A DNA stretch of 59,690 bases, counting the filler, from Jimgerdemannia flammicorona (Eukaryota): the NCBI GenBank assembly GCA_003990765.1. It is 2 parts of 2 records of this genome, joined end to end, with 100 filler letters (N's around TTAATTAATTAA, not from the genome) between each part and the next. Parts side by side here need not be neighbours in the genome. Positions count along the whole stretch, not along the records: positions 1 to 29,800 come from RBNJ01000470.1; 1 more part is not named here. One strand, 5' to 3'. Shown piece after piece: positions 12,571 to 25,232 of the stretch. Below the pieces are notes generated by a model that was not told the origin of the DNA, ran no database searches, and saw only the letters and a program-made list of their open reading frames with translations. Every line of letters starts with the position of its first letter. Positions within the stretch are counted from its first letter, which is position 1. The position numbers and the translations under genes are program-made.

Positions 12571-15500
12571 TCTTCCTCCTGAATAAGGATCTTCTTGAAT
12601 ATCCTTATTCATTAGTCCAGTCTTGAAAAATTTACTGATTCTATAATCTCTGGCAAGGGGTCAAAAAGTGGTATTTATAGGCTGGTGTCTTCTCTTTGTA
12701 TTTTGGTATGATGGTGAAGAGTTGCTCTCTTCATATAGAGCAAGAGCCTGATTCTGATCTTGATTAATCAGTTGATAGTTCAAACTCCTCTGGCTTTGAA
12801 AGTCTCATGAATGAGTAGTTGCTGATGCCATATCCCTTAGAGAATGGTCCAGACAGATAGTCTGCTAGTCATGGGATATGCTGTTATGATTTGTGGGCTA
12901 GAACCTCACAGGTAGTCATCATGTTTTACTTCTCTTATATAGGTTCATGGTACCTCTTGAGTCTATTTCTGTATACTGTGGTAGGCAGTATGGTCTCTGA
13001 GATTTTTCTAAGCCAGAAGGTAGTTCCCTTGATATCTTGCATATAGAAGGGTCCTTCTCATTTGGGCTCCAGTTTTCATAACCATGAGGCTTTTACCATA
13101 TTTTGATACAGTAGGACCTTTTTTCCAATTTGGATGGGTTCCAAGGTCTTGTAATTCTTTTCTGTATTCTTTCTTATCAGTGCTTATGACTTAATGATGT
13201 AATCTTCAGCCTTCTTTCTGATTTGGTGTAGTCTCTGGATTTCTGCATCAACTATCTCCAAGTTAGGTCTAGATTTGTAGCTAAGATTCCATCAGAATCT
13301 TCTTCTCCAAAGGGCAGTTCTTTTGGGGTAAAGTGTGTGCTCTGTGACCATATATCTCATAGGACAGAGAGGGTAGTTGGGAGGTAGTTATTCCAATTTT
13401 TATATGTCTCTGAGATCTTCACCAGGATATTCTTAAGGGTCTTGTTGGTCCTCTCTGTCTGTCTATTTCCTTAAGAGTAATATGCAGTGGTCTTGATGTG
13501 CTGAATCTTATATTTCTGATACATTATCTTATGGAATCTATTGATAAATTCTGTGCCATGGTCTGTGGTGATTTGCTTTAGTATCTTATAGTGGCAGATG
13601 ATTTCTCAGTGCAAGAAGTTAGCTATAGAGAGGGTATTGGCTTCTTATAATGCTCCTGCTTCTATCTATTTAGTAAAGAGGTCTATAATAACTATAATGT
13701 AGTAGTTTCCTGATAGTGTTACTGGTAGTGACCCAATGATATCTATTGTGATGTGGTGGAAGAGGATAGGTTCAATTCTTGATGATCCAGATACCTGGTC
13801 TTGCTGATCTTATTTCTGTTTTTGGTACTTATCATACTCTTTGATAAATTGGCACAGGTCTTCTATCATCTTGGGCCACCACATGGTTCTTCTTGCCTTG
13901 TCATATATATTGGTTCCTCCTAGGTGTCCTTGTTCATGTACTTCCTTCATTACTTGATACTTCTTGTATTTGGATATTATGAGCTTTCCTCCTTTTCTGA
14001 GTATAGTGTTGTCTAGTTCAAACAATTTCCAAGTCTGGTTGATGATGGTAATTGTCCAGAGTTCGAGGTGGTTGGGCATCTTCTACTGCCCAAGGTAGCT
14101 GATCAATCCATAGTATAACTTCTTATTTATATTGAATAGTCTTGATGGGAGTATTTTGGGGTATCCTTGAGAGTATATTAGCATTGGTATTGGTTTTTTC
14201 TGAGTAGTGCTTAATAGTATAGTTATACTCTTGCAGCCTATAGATCTATCTGGTATATATTTCTTTAGGGTTCAGAGTGTGGAATAGCCAGGCAAGAGCA
14301 GAATAGTCTGTTTGAATGGTAAAGTGTTTTCCAACTAGGTAGTAGTAGAACTTGTCTACTGTCCAAACTACTGCTAAGTATTTGAGCTTATATGACTTGT
14401 AGTTCTGTTCTGCTCCATAGGTATCTCAGCTTGTATAAGAGATAACATATTCATGTCCATCTTTCTTCTAAGCTAGGACTGCTCCAAGTTCTATAGTGCT
14501 TGCATCTGTCTGCAGGATGAACTCTAGGTTTCGATCTGATCTTCTGAGGATAGGTGCTTGAGTCAACCTGGTCTTGAGTTTATTGAAGGTTTTTTGGCAT
14601 TTCTTGGTCCATTTGAATTTGGTCTCCTTCTTCAGTAGCTCATAGATAGGTGCTATAATATTGGAGTATTCTTTGATGAATCTTCTGTAGTAGCTGGCCA
14701 GTCCAAGGAAGACATAGACTTCTGTGGTTGTTCTGAGTCTTGGGTAGGCTACAACAGCCTCAATCTTCATGGGGTCTGTATGGATTCTGGTCTGGTTGAT
14801 GAGGTGTCCTAGGTAGGTGATTTCTTGAGCTACAAACTTGCATTTCTTGGGCTTGATGTAGAGGCCATGCTCCTTGAGCTTCTTGAGAGCTAGCTGTATA
14901 TGATTCCTGTACAGTATTGCTGAAGATGATCACATTGTCAACATAGACAAAGAGCCATTTTCTGATCTCATTGCTGAAGACTCTATTCATCATTTACTAA
15001 AAACTTGCTGGGGCATTACACATTTTAAATAATATTCACAGGTAGATATAGGTGGCATTAGGTATAATGAAGGCTGATTTCTCACTGGTATCTTAAGTGA
15101 GATCAATCTGATGGAAGCCTGAGAACAGATCCAAGGTGGTATAGTATTTGGCTTCACTTCTAAGAGTGGTAAGAATTTCTTGAATATTTGGCAAGGGCTG
15201 CCTATCCTTCTTGGTAATTGTATTGAGCTTCCTGTAGTCAATACAGAGTCTTGGAGCAAACTCTCCAGGCTTACTTCCTTTCTTTAGGGCAAGGACAATG
15301 GGTGAAGCCCAGGGACTGATAGCTTGCTTGATGATTTCAGCTTCTTCCATTTCCTTGAGTTCTGCTTGCAGCCATTCTCTGTAGGCAGGTGGTATAGGTC
15401 TGGCTTTCTGATAGATGGGCTTGATATCACCAGTGTCAACTTTATAGTAGTACTTGGATTCTTGATTATAGATATCCCTGAAGTCTATAGCAAGTACTCT

Positions 15501-18253
15501 TTTATTCTAATGCAGGATCTTAAGAAGTTGTTCTTCCAGGGGAAAGTTTTCTCTAATGATATATGTATGCTTGTTCTGGTCCCTGTCTTTCTTATGCTTA
15601 AGTTCAGTAATCTTGGTAGTAATATAGACTCCTCTTCCAGTTGATCCAAAGCCTTGTTTTCCTCTCTTGGTCTTGATGAGTTCAATGGCTTCTATTATTT
15701 TGGGCTTCTTGATTTCGTGGATTAGTATCTGGCCAATCCTGTTACATATACTTCTTGACTTTGAATAGAGTGGTGGGGTTGTAATTCCTGACTATGAGAA
15801 AAATCTTACCAGTGTAATCAGGGTCAATTACTCCTCCTTCAACTGAGATTTTGCTTTTGGCCAGACTGCTCCTGGTTTTGATAATTCCAGCATAGTTCTC
15901 TGGCAGCTTGACTCCAATTCCAGTACCAAGTAGGGTGGTGGTCTGTGGTTCAAGGGTAGTATCTTGAATGCTGGCAAGGTCTATTTCTATGGCTCCTTCA
16001 GTCTTGTATTCTGGGATCTTAGCTTTAGGGTGAAACTTCTTAACCTTGAGGGTGATGTCTGATTCTTGTTTCTCCTCATCATTACTGTCAGCTTGAAGCT
16101 CTGGAGGCTGGTCATCTTCTTCAGCTTTCCTTTTTGCTTCAGCAGCTTCTTGTTCATACTTCTGTTGGCAGATTTTTCTGACTTCACTGATATAGGACCA
16201 GCAGTCATTCAGGTGTTCAGAGTAGTACATCCTAGTACCATGGGCATCTTTCTTGAGGAGCATAGCCATTGATGATCTTATTGTACCACTGCTTGTCTAT
16301 GAGCTTGGGTGTCTTGTTCTTTTCTTGTTCACTGAGTGCATGAAGACTTCTGTATCCTCCTCATTTCCTTTCTCTATATCTGATAGAACTCTTTTGTAGA
16401 CATTGATAGAGACTTATATCTTTCTTCCTCTATAGTTGATCTGCATCTTCTGGGCATTGAGATCAATGATGACCTTGGCCTTGTGAAGCCATTAATTGCT
16501 AATGAGAATGTCATAGTTAGTGGTGCTTATAACAATTACATCTACTGAGATAGTAGCTTCTCCTATCTTGATGGGGACTTCTTGGATTTTGCTAAGGAGA
16601 GTAGCTCATATACTATCTGCTGTGACATTGATCATCTTGGTGGACTCTTCAATGTCCCAGTCTAAGTGGTCAATTGTCTTCTTGCTCATGAGGCATCCTT
16701 CAGCACCAGTATCAATGATGGCATCAAAGATATAATCTTTGATCTGATATGGGGTATAGGCTGATATCTTATACTGGTCTTCAGATTCTTCACCTGAGTT
16801 TTCAGATTCTTCCTGTACATTGTGAGCTTCTACAATCTTGTACTCTTGATTCTTAGCAGTAGTTGCAAGTTCTACTCTTAACTGCTGTCTGAAGGCAGAG
16901 ACTTTGGCTAGCTGTCTAAAAGTAGCATTGACCTTCTGTTCCTTGAGGTCCTTGTAGATATCATACTAGTAGATCTTGGTCTTGTGCAGCTTCTGTTTCT
17001 TCTTGCTTTCACTTTCTCCTGAGACTAGAGTAGTGCCTTCAATGATTTGGCAGGTAGCTTCATCTAACTCCATATCTTGATCAATCTCCTCAGGTTGGAT
17101 CTTGCTTTAGATAATAACAGCTGGAGTCTTCTTTGGTCTTCCAACTGGTTTGCTATTGCTCTTCTTGTCATAGAGCTTGGACTGAGTTCTGGTACCTTCA
17201 GTAGAGGGTAGAATTTGAGCTCCTCATAGTATTCTTTATCATCAGTATTACCAATCTTCTCGATGACTACTGTATTGGTTTGTTTTCTGGTTCTGCTAGC
17301 ATTACTTGATTGGGCTTTGTGTCTTGTTTCAGTTATGCAATTCTTTGCATAGTGGCCTTCTTTATATCTGAAGCATGTGATATTGCATTCTTCTGTAGCA
17401 GCTACAAATCTCTGCACTGGTCTCCTGTTGGTACTTTGGACTTCTCTAATAATATTACCAAAGTGTACAGTCATCTCAGTGAACTGCTTGGCAAGTTTCT
17501 CCACTGGGTCAGCTTTGGCTGCCTTGGGAGTAGATGGGGATGGTTGTCTGTTTACAACTGTAGCAGATATGATACTAGTTGGCTTTAATGACTCCATCTT
17601 AATACCAGTTATTTTCTCTATTGAGTGTTTGGCAGAGTATCTGGCAGTCCAATATCTCTGTATAAAGACCACTTTCTGATCAAGGATTAGTACAGCTGGA
17701 GTAGACCAGATTGCTAGAGCAATTTCAGGGTGAACTTCTTTGAGGAAGGTTAATTCTGCTATTTATTTCTTGAGAGCATCATCATAGCTAGCCAAGATAA
17801 TCTGGTGATAGATTCAGGTATAGAATGAGTTGGGATCTTCACTAAGTCTCTGGCAGATAGTATTGAGTTGATCCTTGAGAGCTTGCTTAATCTCTTTAGT
17901 ATAGTATGTTATTCTGAGAAAGGCCTTCATATTGGCAAGTTTGGCTGCACTATTATCAGCAATAGTAGCTGTATTGAACTTATCTCTGACAGGTCCTCTG
18001 TGACTGGTAGAAGGGCCAATTGTGTATCCATACCAAGAGCTCATACAGTAGCGAATTGTTCAAAGTCTTCAATAAAGGTCAGAATTGACTCTTTAGTAGT
18101 ATATCTATAGAATGTGGGGGGATGTATTTCCATCTTATCTTGAATTCTTATAGGGGTGACTCTTGTAGTCAGGGTAGTTATTGTGGTGGTTGTTTGTTTT
18201 TCAGCTTAAAAGTGAGAGATTCATCTTGAATTACCAGCCAATGAGCACTAAGT

Positions 18254-19821
18254 TATCATATAGTAGTCGCTGAGTCCTTCAAATATATCAGATTCTCTTC
18301 AAGATATATCTCTTAGACTAACTCAAGTTTGTTATAAGCAAGTTCTTATTGGAGTGCCTTCTTAAGATCTTATAGTCTTCAAACTTCTTATCTTTAAATT
18401 GTCTTGTTATCTCTTTAGATTGCTTATAAGGAATTGTGTATATTGTACTGAGTAGACTGACTTTATTTTAGAGGAAATAAGAGAGGTATTTATATAAAAT
18501 ATAATTCAATGGTTGCTAAGATATAAAGCTAAATATAAATTCCAATAACTAAAATAAAATACCAGGACAGAGAAAACTGCTAAGTTCCAGTATCAGTACA
18601 GATAGTTGCATAGAGTCAAGATGCTGGTATAATTCAGTGATATAGGAAAATAGTGCTGGAATAATTCAGTATCACATCAGAATACTGGTAGTGAAACAGC
18701 TGTTATACAGAAAAAGAGTGCTGATATAATTCAGTATAACCAAGAGACTTAGAGTAGAATATTCAAAACCATAGGGGCTTCATCCTCGTCAGAGGTCAGG
18801 ATGTCTTTGAAGGAGATGAGATCCACAAATATCTTGTCTATCTTGTGGCATAGATTGTATGTTTCACATATGTTGTGCAGGATAACATCATTGCTGATAA
18901 TATCATCACATTTGGCAGTGGCAGGAACAAGGAGATCTGGAGCTCTCCAGTCTATGAGGTTCTCTTCCATGAAATAGGGGACAAATGTAGGGTTTTGAGG
19001 AGGTCTAACCTGGATACTTGGGCCTTGGAATACTGAGATCAATCCTTGCAAGAATTGGTCTGGGTTGTCCTAGAGAATGGGATACCAGAAGTCTTCTATT
19101 TTATCACTATTAAGGGTGATAGTGGACTGGGCTTCTATAGCCACCCTGGCTTCTAGTGTATTGATACAGTGGTCTGATAGGTCTCTGAAGTCTGAGACTC
19201 TAACATACTCTAAGTTGGGGATTGACTATGATGCATGCTTGAAGATCTGATGAATCTTCTTAGCTATCCTTACTTCATGTATATCTATGAGAGTGGTATC
19301 TTGTAACTCTTGGAAACTGGCCTGTGGGAACTCCTGGCAGAGGAGGTTTCCTATCTCATACTCCTGCCATATTTGGAGGCATTCAGTAGCAATGGTGATT
19401 CTTATTTCTATTTCACAGTGGTAGAGGATATAATGATAAAGGTCACTAGTATCCAGGTTAACACTAGGAGTCCTTCTTAAGTGGGTCCTTATGGCTCTTC
19501 TGATGTCTTGGAACATCCTTTCTTCAACTAAAGTGCCTTAGTGGTTTCTTGACCTTGAGGTTTGGTGAGCAGCAGACATTTCATTTGTGATAAGTCTTTG
19601 AGCTATTTTGGGATTGGTGGGTCTTGTTGGTTGCTGCTACTGCAGTTCCTTGATTCTTCTTTTATATTTCTCAAGATATCTATACTGTGGTCATAATAAC
19701 TTACAGTTGGTCATTATTGCTCATCTTGTATACTATATGATCTTCTTGTACTCTGATCTGGTGGCTTATAAGGAAATACTGTCTTCTGTGCTGATATCAT
19801 CATTCTGGGGTCACCATTATA
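18254..19821 (-). repeat. 5' LTR of family A copy 1, containing a decayed LTR-ORF (18749-19579)
   Basis: Followed on the minus strand by ACT + T(A/G)GTGCTCATTGGC PBS; ORF pieces 19226-19516 and 18749-19051. Confidence 0.9.
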
Positions 19822-20415
19822 GTAGTTAAGTTTTTATACCATATTGTCAATTTAGCTATAGGACAGAGTAGTAACCATTTCAGCAGTAGTAACTCAGAGA
19901 TAGGAAATAAAGGTGCTATACTCATAAAAGAGGTTTCAGTATTTGTGAGTGATAAGCTTCTAGTATTAAGATATCTGGATAATATCTATATCATAGTAGT
20001 GTTCAATCATATCTTCTAGGAGGTGACTAATCTAATAGTAGCTTGAGATTTGTACAATTTGGTGAGCTTTGCTGAGCATGTTCTGAGTATTCTATTAGGC
20101 TTCTATAAAGTAAAGAGATACTAGACTATGAATGTTCATGAGGGGCAGAGAAGGGGTAACTCAGTTGATTATAGTTCTCCATTTCAATATATCTGAGTAC
20201 TCAGTATATATATATTTGGTCTTGATTGGTAAGTTCGGTTTGTGTAAATATTGTATTCTGTGACTTTGAGTTGACTCAGCTTTGTGTTCTATAACTTCAG
20301 TTTGACTCAGCTTCATAATCTTATATGTGATTTCTGGATTTATTCTGAGGGTGATATGTGATTTCAGTGACTTAGAGGTTGTATGCTTATAGATGAATAT
20401 TCTGAAATATGTACT

Positions 20416-21417
20416 AGACAGGGTAACCCTAGTGTATTCAACTGACAGTATGTAGGGAGGAGTCATGGCTTGGAGAAAAGTATAAGGAGCTTACTAGCTG
20501 GTAGATATAGAAGGAGAGAAGGTAGTACTGGGGGATAGAGAATAGAGAGATTGAGCTTCACAGATAAGATGAAGAAAGGTCAATCAATGACAACAACTGG
20601 ACTAGAGGGCTGGCTGAGAAAGAGCAAGGAGACAGTGAGGGCTAGAGGTTCTGGGAGAGCAGCCCATGACAGCAAGGACAGTAGAGCTGAGAGAGTAGTG
20701 GCTGAGAGGAGTGAGACTGCTGATGGCAAGAAGACTGCTAATCTGGAAAAAAAATCCAGATATATATAATAGTTGATGGAGAATCTGGACAAAGGCCTAG
20801 AGATCTGGCAGATGGTATAACAGAACTAGTGATAGTACTATTACTCAAGAAATTGAGATCAGAATTCACTATTATATTATATTTCTGAGGCTTAACAGTA
20901 ATAGTGAAAATGATTCTGAGGCTTCTGGTCCAGGAGATAAAGGGGGCTGTCTCAGTGAAGTTTTTGAAGGGTCTGAAAGGGGTGGAGGTTGGCTTTAAGA
21001 AGGAAGAGATACTTAGAGATGATGGAGAAGGGAGTAGTAGTGGGGGGGGGTGGCAATCTCTATAGCCTAGTACTTGTACTGAGATTCCTGAGTGGTGCAG
21101 CTGACAGTACTGGATGTTCCTATGGTGTCAAAGAAAATGACCAGAGGGCTGATTGTAGAGGCCATCAAGAAGTATAGAGAGATTGTGGATATTGGGTTTA
21201 GAGTCTGAGAAGGTACTGACTTCTAGACTGAAGATGTAGACATTAGGGTATAGCTAGTGGATAAGGAGAATATAAGGAAGACAAGAGACTGGCTGGCAGT
21301 TCTTAAGTAGAGACCTGTGGAGAGATGCTGGAGGAGGAAGAGAACTTGCTGGAGGCCTTAGAGGACCTGGCTGGAGCTGTAGAGAGGAAGAGATTAGCCT
21401 GAAAGGAATATGAGGTC
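20416..21417 (+). mobile_element. 5' fragment of the same LINE family (ORF1 N-terminal part)
   Basis: SFTDKMKKG...GLEGWLR matches MSFTDKVKGG...GLEGWLR of copy 1 ORF1. Truncated at ~21417. Confidence 0.75.
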
Positions 21418-21872
21418 AATATAAGAGGATTACTTATTAGGATAACTATTATGTAATTCTGGAAGGGTTTTCTGAAAGTTCTGGATATTCTGGAAGACTG
21501 TTTTCTTAAGATTAAGATTAATTTCATATGGAGTATATTCTCTATACTTATTGATTTCAAGATTAGATTGATATCTCAACCAAAGTCCCCAGCGAAGCAT
21601 CACTAATGTCAGTGATGCTTATAAACAGAGCAACGCTATAAGTGGTGTGTGCAATCAAGAGAGTGCGAAACGCCAAGCAAACATGTGACCGGAGATGGCA
21701 GTCCTATATGCTAGTCAATGCATCCCACCAATCCAGCAGCCAAAAGGCACATCTTACCATAAACGGGTGAAACGGAATTATCAAACCAGGACAAATCGGA
21801 TAACTTCTTTTAATTTTTACCACATGGCACTATATACCCATTTGTATCGCCACCCAGCAAGCAGAAGACCAG

Positions 21873-21975
<103 letters not shown>

Positions 21976-23624
21976 TTCATCTCAGAAAATTTTTATTGCT
22001 TCACTGTCTCATTATTATATAAGTTGTTTAAAGCTCTGCACCAAGGCCAAATCAGTATATATATATTTTTTTAGATTTTAATTATTTATCTTTCCTTACC
22101 TACTGCCCAAAGCTTACTGAACAAGTATATAGATTTAAATGACAAGACTAAACATACCGCATTCTCAACCAGAGACACCCAGATAACTTACCTCCCTCTT
22201 GTACTTACCAATGGTCTAGTGGATCGTCAATCCAAAGGGAATCTGTTGTAACTTTTGTTGGGAATATGGAGTGGAGGAGAAGAGCAGCAGCGTTTATTGA
22301 TTGCTCGCGTTTTTACGCGTCGAGTGACGTAGTTACAAAGAATCACGTGTCTAAACCACATATAATCTAATAAGAATTTCAAGGGAACTTAGTAATACAG
22401 GAAAAAAAAAAAAAACGTACGTGGTTAGCCAACTGCATGTGAACTGTGCAAATGTGGTGTGTGTGAAAGAACGACGCCAAAGTGTGCAAAAATATAGAAC
22501 TTCATACCTCTACTGCTCCGCTCTTCGAGTCGAGTCAAGGCTCAGACGAGTTGAATTGATTAGAACCTGGCCAAAGAGGTTCAGGATGGAGAACAGGCCA
22601 ACGTGCTCTGTTTCTAGTTGTCATAGCGTGTATGTGTGCAGTGGGAATTTCATATGGTCGGAATGTGTCGTGGATTCGGCTTGTTCGACACAACGGGTCT
22701 CAGTGGCTTGGAAAGCTCGATCTTTGTAAGCAAAATAGTCTGAAGGGGTTTCTAAGTTGCCTTTAGTCATGGATCACATCAGATGCGACGATAATACCGA
22801 AACAACCATAAATGTGATATTCAAATTCCGTTTCATAGCACCGGTCACCTTGACTATCAGTCAGGCGAGATGTCCGAAAGATTTAGACGAGTATTGTTGA
22901 GTAAGAGTTAGCGCGGGAAGATTGAAACTTATGAGGTAAAAATGGCGCACTTAAATTATGGCTTTGCAGAGGGAGGGAATGCGAATAAATGTTGTTCAAA
23001 ACGGCCATTTGATGTGTCAGAAAATCCACAACATTAATATGATACTTTAGACGTATCATGTGGTGGGGCGCTTCCATTTTTTGATGCGTTGTCCATATTT
23101 TTGTTTCTTTGGAGGCTACTTCGGTCGCAGTTGTGAATTTTTTTTTTTGGGGGGGGGTACCGTGGCCAATAGCAAAGAAATGTTTCATCACCAACGACCC
23201 CGCGGAATGCCAAGAATGCCAAAGTGCCCATTCGCAGAAAAAAAAATGCTTTTATGGAACTCGGGCGAATTCGAGACTAACGCCTTTGTACGGTGTCGTC
23301 GTCAGCATCAGCGTTCATTATTCGGTCAATCAATCGTTCATTTATTCGTTTGTCGCCACGCCCAGTCAATCCACTCGTCCAATGCCGCCGACCACGAACG
23401 AAGCTCGCCACTGACCACGAACGCAGCTCGCTATCGACCACAAGTGCATCAAACGGCGCACGGCCTCCCGTTGCATTCGCGTCTTAATGTAATGCGGCGG
23501 CCACCTCTTCGACCGTGTGCTAAAAGTTGGACTGCATACTGTGAGCGAACAAGATGACCGGCTGGCAACCGCAGCACATCGAAATACCTCCCCTCTTTTT
23601 CCGCAACACTTCCTTCGTCACAAC

Positions 23625-23740
23625 TAGTGCTCCTAACGGATCGAATGGAATCAAATCGAATTGAGGTCCAATTCGATTCGAATTCGATTTGATTCGAACT
23701 CAATTCGAATCGATGATTCGAATTGATTCGATGTATACTA
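23625..23740. mobile_element. 116-bp hAT-type MITE
   Basis: Perfect 8-bp TSD GTCACAAC (23617-23624 and 23741-23748). Termini TAGTG.../...TACTA with internal TCGAAT/ATTCGA subterminal repeats. Left end TAGTGCTCC matches the terminus at 32406-32414. Confidence 0.88.
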
Positions 23741-24851
23741 GTCACAACCAACTGAAAGCGGGGACGGCGTTTAGTTGTTGTGTGGTTGTGTGTGGGATTA
23801 AAAAAAAGGAGTTTCAACGGCTTCTAGATAAGTCCCAGTTTGAAGGGGATAGATGACATCAAGGCGACGAGTTCATCGATGTCGAACGTATTCAAATGGT
23901 CCACGCGCTGAATACTACAAGCCATATCTTTGCAACATGTTGTGATATTTTTTTATAATAAAAAAAGGACGGGAAGAAGAATGATCACTATTGTGCGCTC
24001 GCATTCATCACTTTTCAGGTTTGACAGGTTATCTTGTGCAACGCTTTACTTAATTTACTAAATCCAAAACAAGCAACGCCAGTATTGATCAGATCTCTAT
24101 GGTGTATATAGCAACGAAAATGCAACCTGTGTGAGAGCATTCTTGGCTTTTATTAACGAGCTTCCAATCACTTTTTTACTACAGATTATTATGTGGAAAG
24201 GGATGTAAATTGACAAAAAGAATTTCATTGATTGCCAATTTGGGGAGTTCACGGCGATAGTTTTAGCAGCTGATGCATAAAGAAAGGCAGATGTTCGGGT
24301 GTCACTAGCTGCCAAACAGCACTGCCAAAGACAAAATGAAAGCCAAAGTATCGCGAACCACCATACAATGTCGCCAAAATCGAAATCGGAGTCCACTCCC
24401 TGAGAAAGTCAAAATCAAAACCATAATCATCAGACAAAGAATTCCCTATGTAAAGCGTCGAGATGAGACCGAAATCAATCCTGTATAATGAATTCCTTCA
24501 ATGCACGTAATCCTCGATGATTCAGATGGTCCAATTGTTCCCGTAAGGCAGTGAACTTGACCAACAATTTCTCTTTTGACATAGCACCGCCATTCGCCTT
24601 AACACTCGTTTACAAGACCCCCCACTAAGCTATAAAAATCTGAGATACCCAACAAAATTTTTACCATCCAAAATAAATAAATAAATACAATGGTGACATC
24701 GACAAATCTAGAATAACTGACAAAAATACTCTTCATGAGCTGGGGCACGAGCGTGATGGCTCAGATGCTTTGGTATCTTCTCTCCTCGCCGGCGCCAGAT
24801 ACCCACCGTTCATACGCATCCACTCCATCCTATTCAGCTCAAAAAAGAAGG

Positions 24852-24883
<32 letters not shown>

Positions 24884-24926
24884 AAATTTGCACACCCTCA
24901 ATATAAATTTGTACACCATCCCTCCT

Positions 24927-25232
24927 CTCACTCCCCTGATACACCACTTTCCCCAGTGTCTCCCTCACCAGCGTCCCCGTCCTCCCAACAATATTCATCC
25001 CCCTGATACGCTACCTTCTACCTTCCTCACCAGCGTTCCTGTCCTTCTGAACAACACTCACTCCCCTGATACGCCGCCTTCCTTGGTGTCCCCTTCACCA
25101 GCGTCCCCGTTCTCCCAACAACACTTATCCCTCCGATACGCCACCTTCCTTGGTGTCTCACTTCCCTGTGTCCCATCCTCCCAACAACACTCACCCCCTC
25201 GATACGCCGCCTTCCTCACCAACGTCCCTGCC
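24927..25232. repeat. Degenerate C-rich minisatellite, ~5 units of 63-67 bp
   Basis: Anchor GATAC recurs at 24938, 25005, 25068, 25135 and 25201, with shared caccagcgtcc and cccaacaacact segments. Confidence 0.8.

Larger units (their letters stand above)
11002..19821 (-). mobile_element. Ty3/Gypsy LTR retrotransposon family A, copy 1 (full length, decayed)
   Basis: LTRs 18254-19821 (5') and 11002-12570 (3'). PBS-like sequence at ~18234-18250, PPT at 12571-12580, 4-bp TSD atag/gtag. Fragments of gag, protease, dUTPase (15742-16269), RT (15093-15350; YVDN for YVDD), RNase H (LQTDAS) and integrase. Confidence 0.93.

Noticed and set aside
22421..23557. Several overlapping 65-165-aa ORFs in the CpG-rich island
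   Set aside because: No recognisable domains or supporting splice structure; expected by chance at this GC content.
24097..24500. Minus-strand ORFs with an IDFGL string, suggesting a second kinase
   Set aside because: No other kinase motifs in register and no consistent exon chain could be built.
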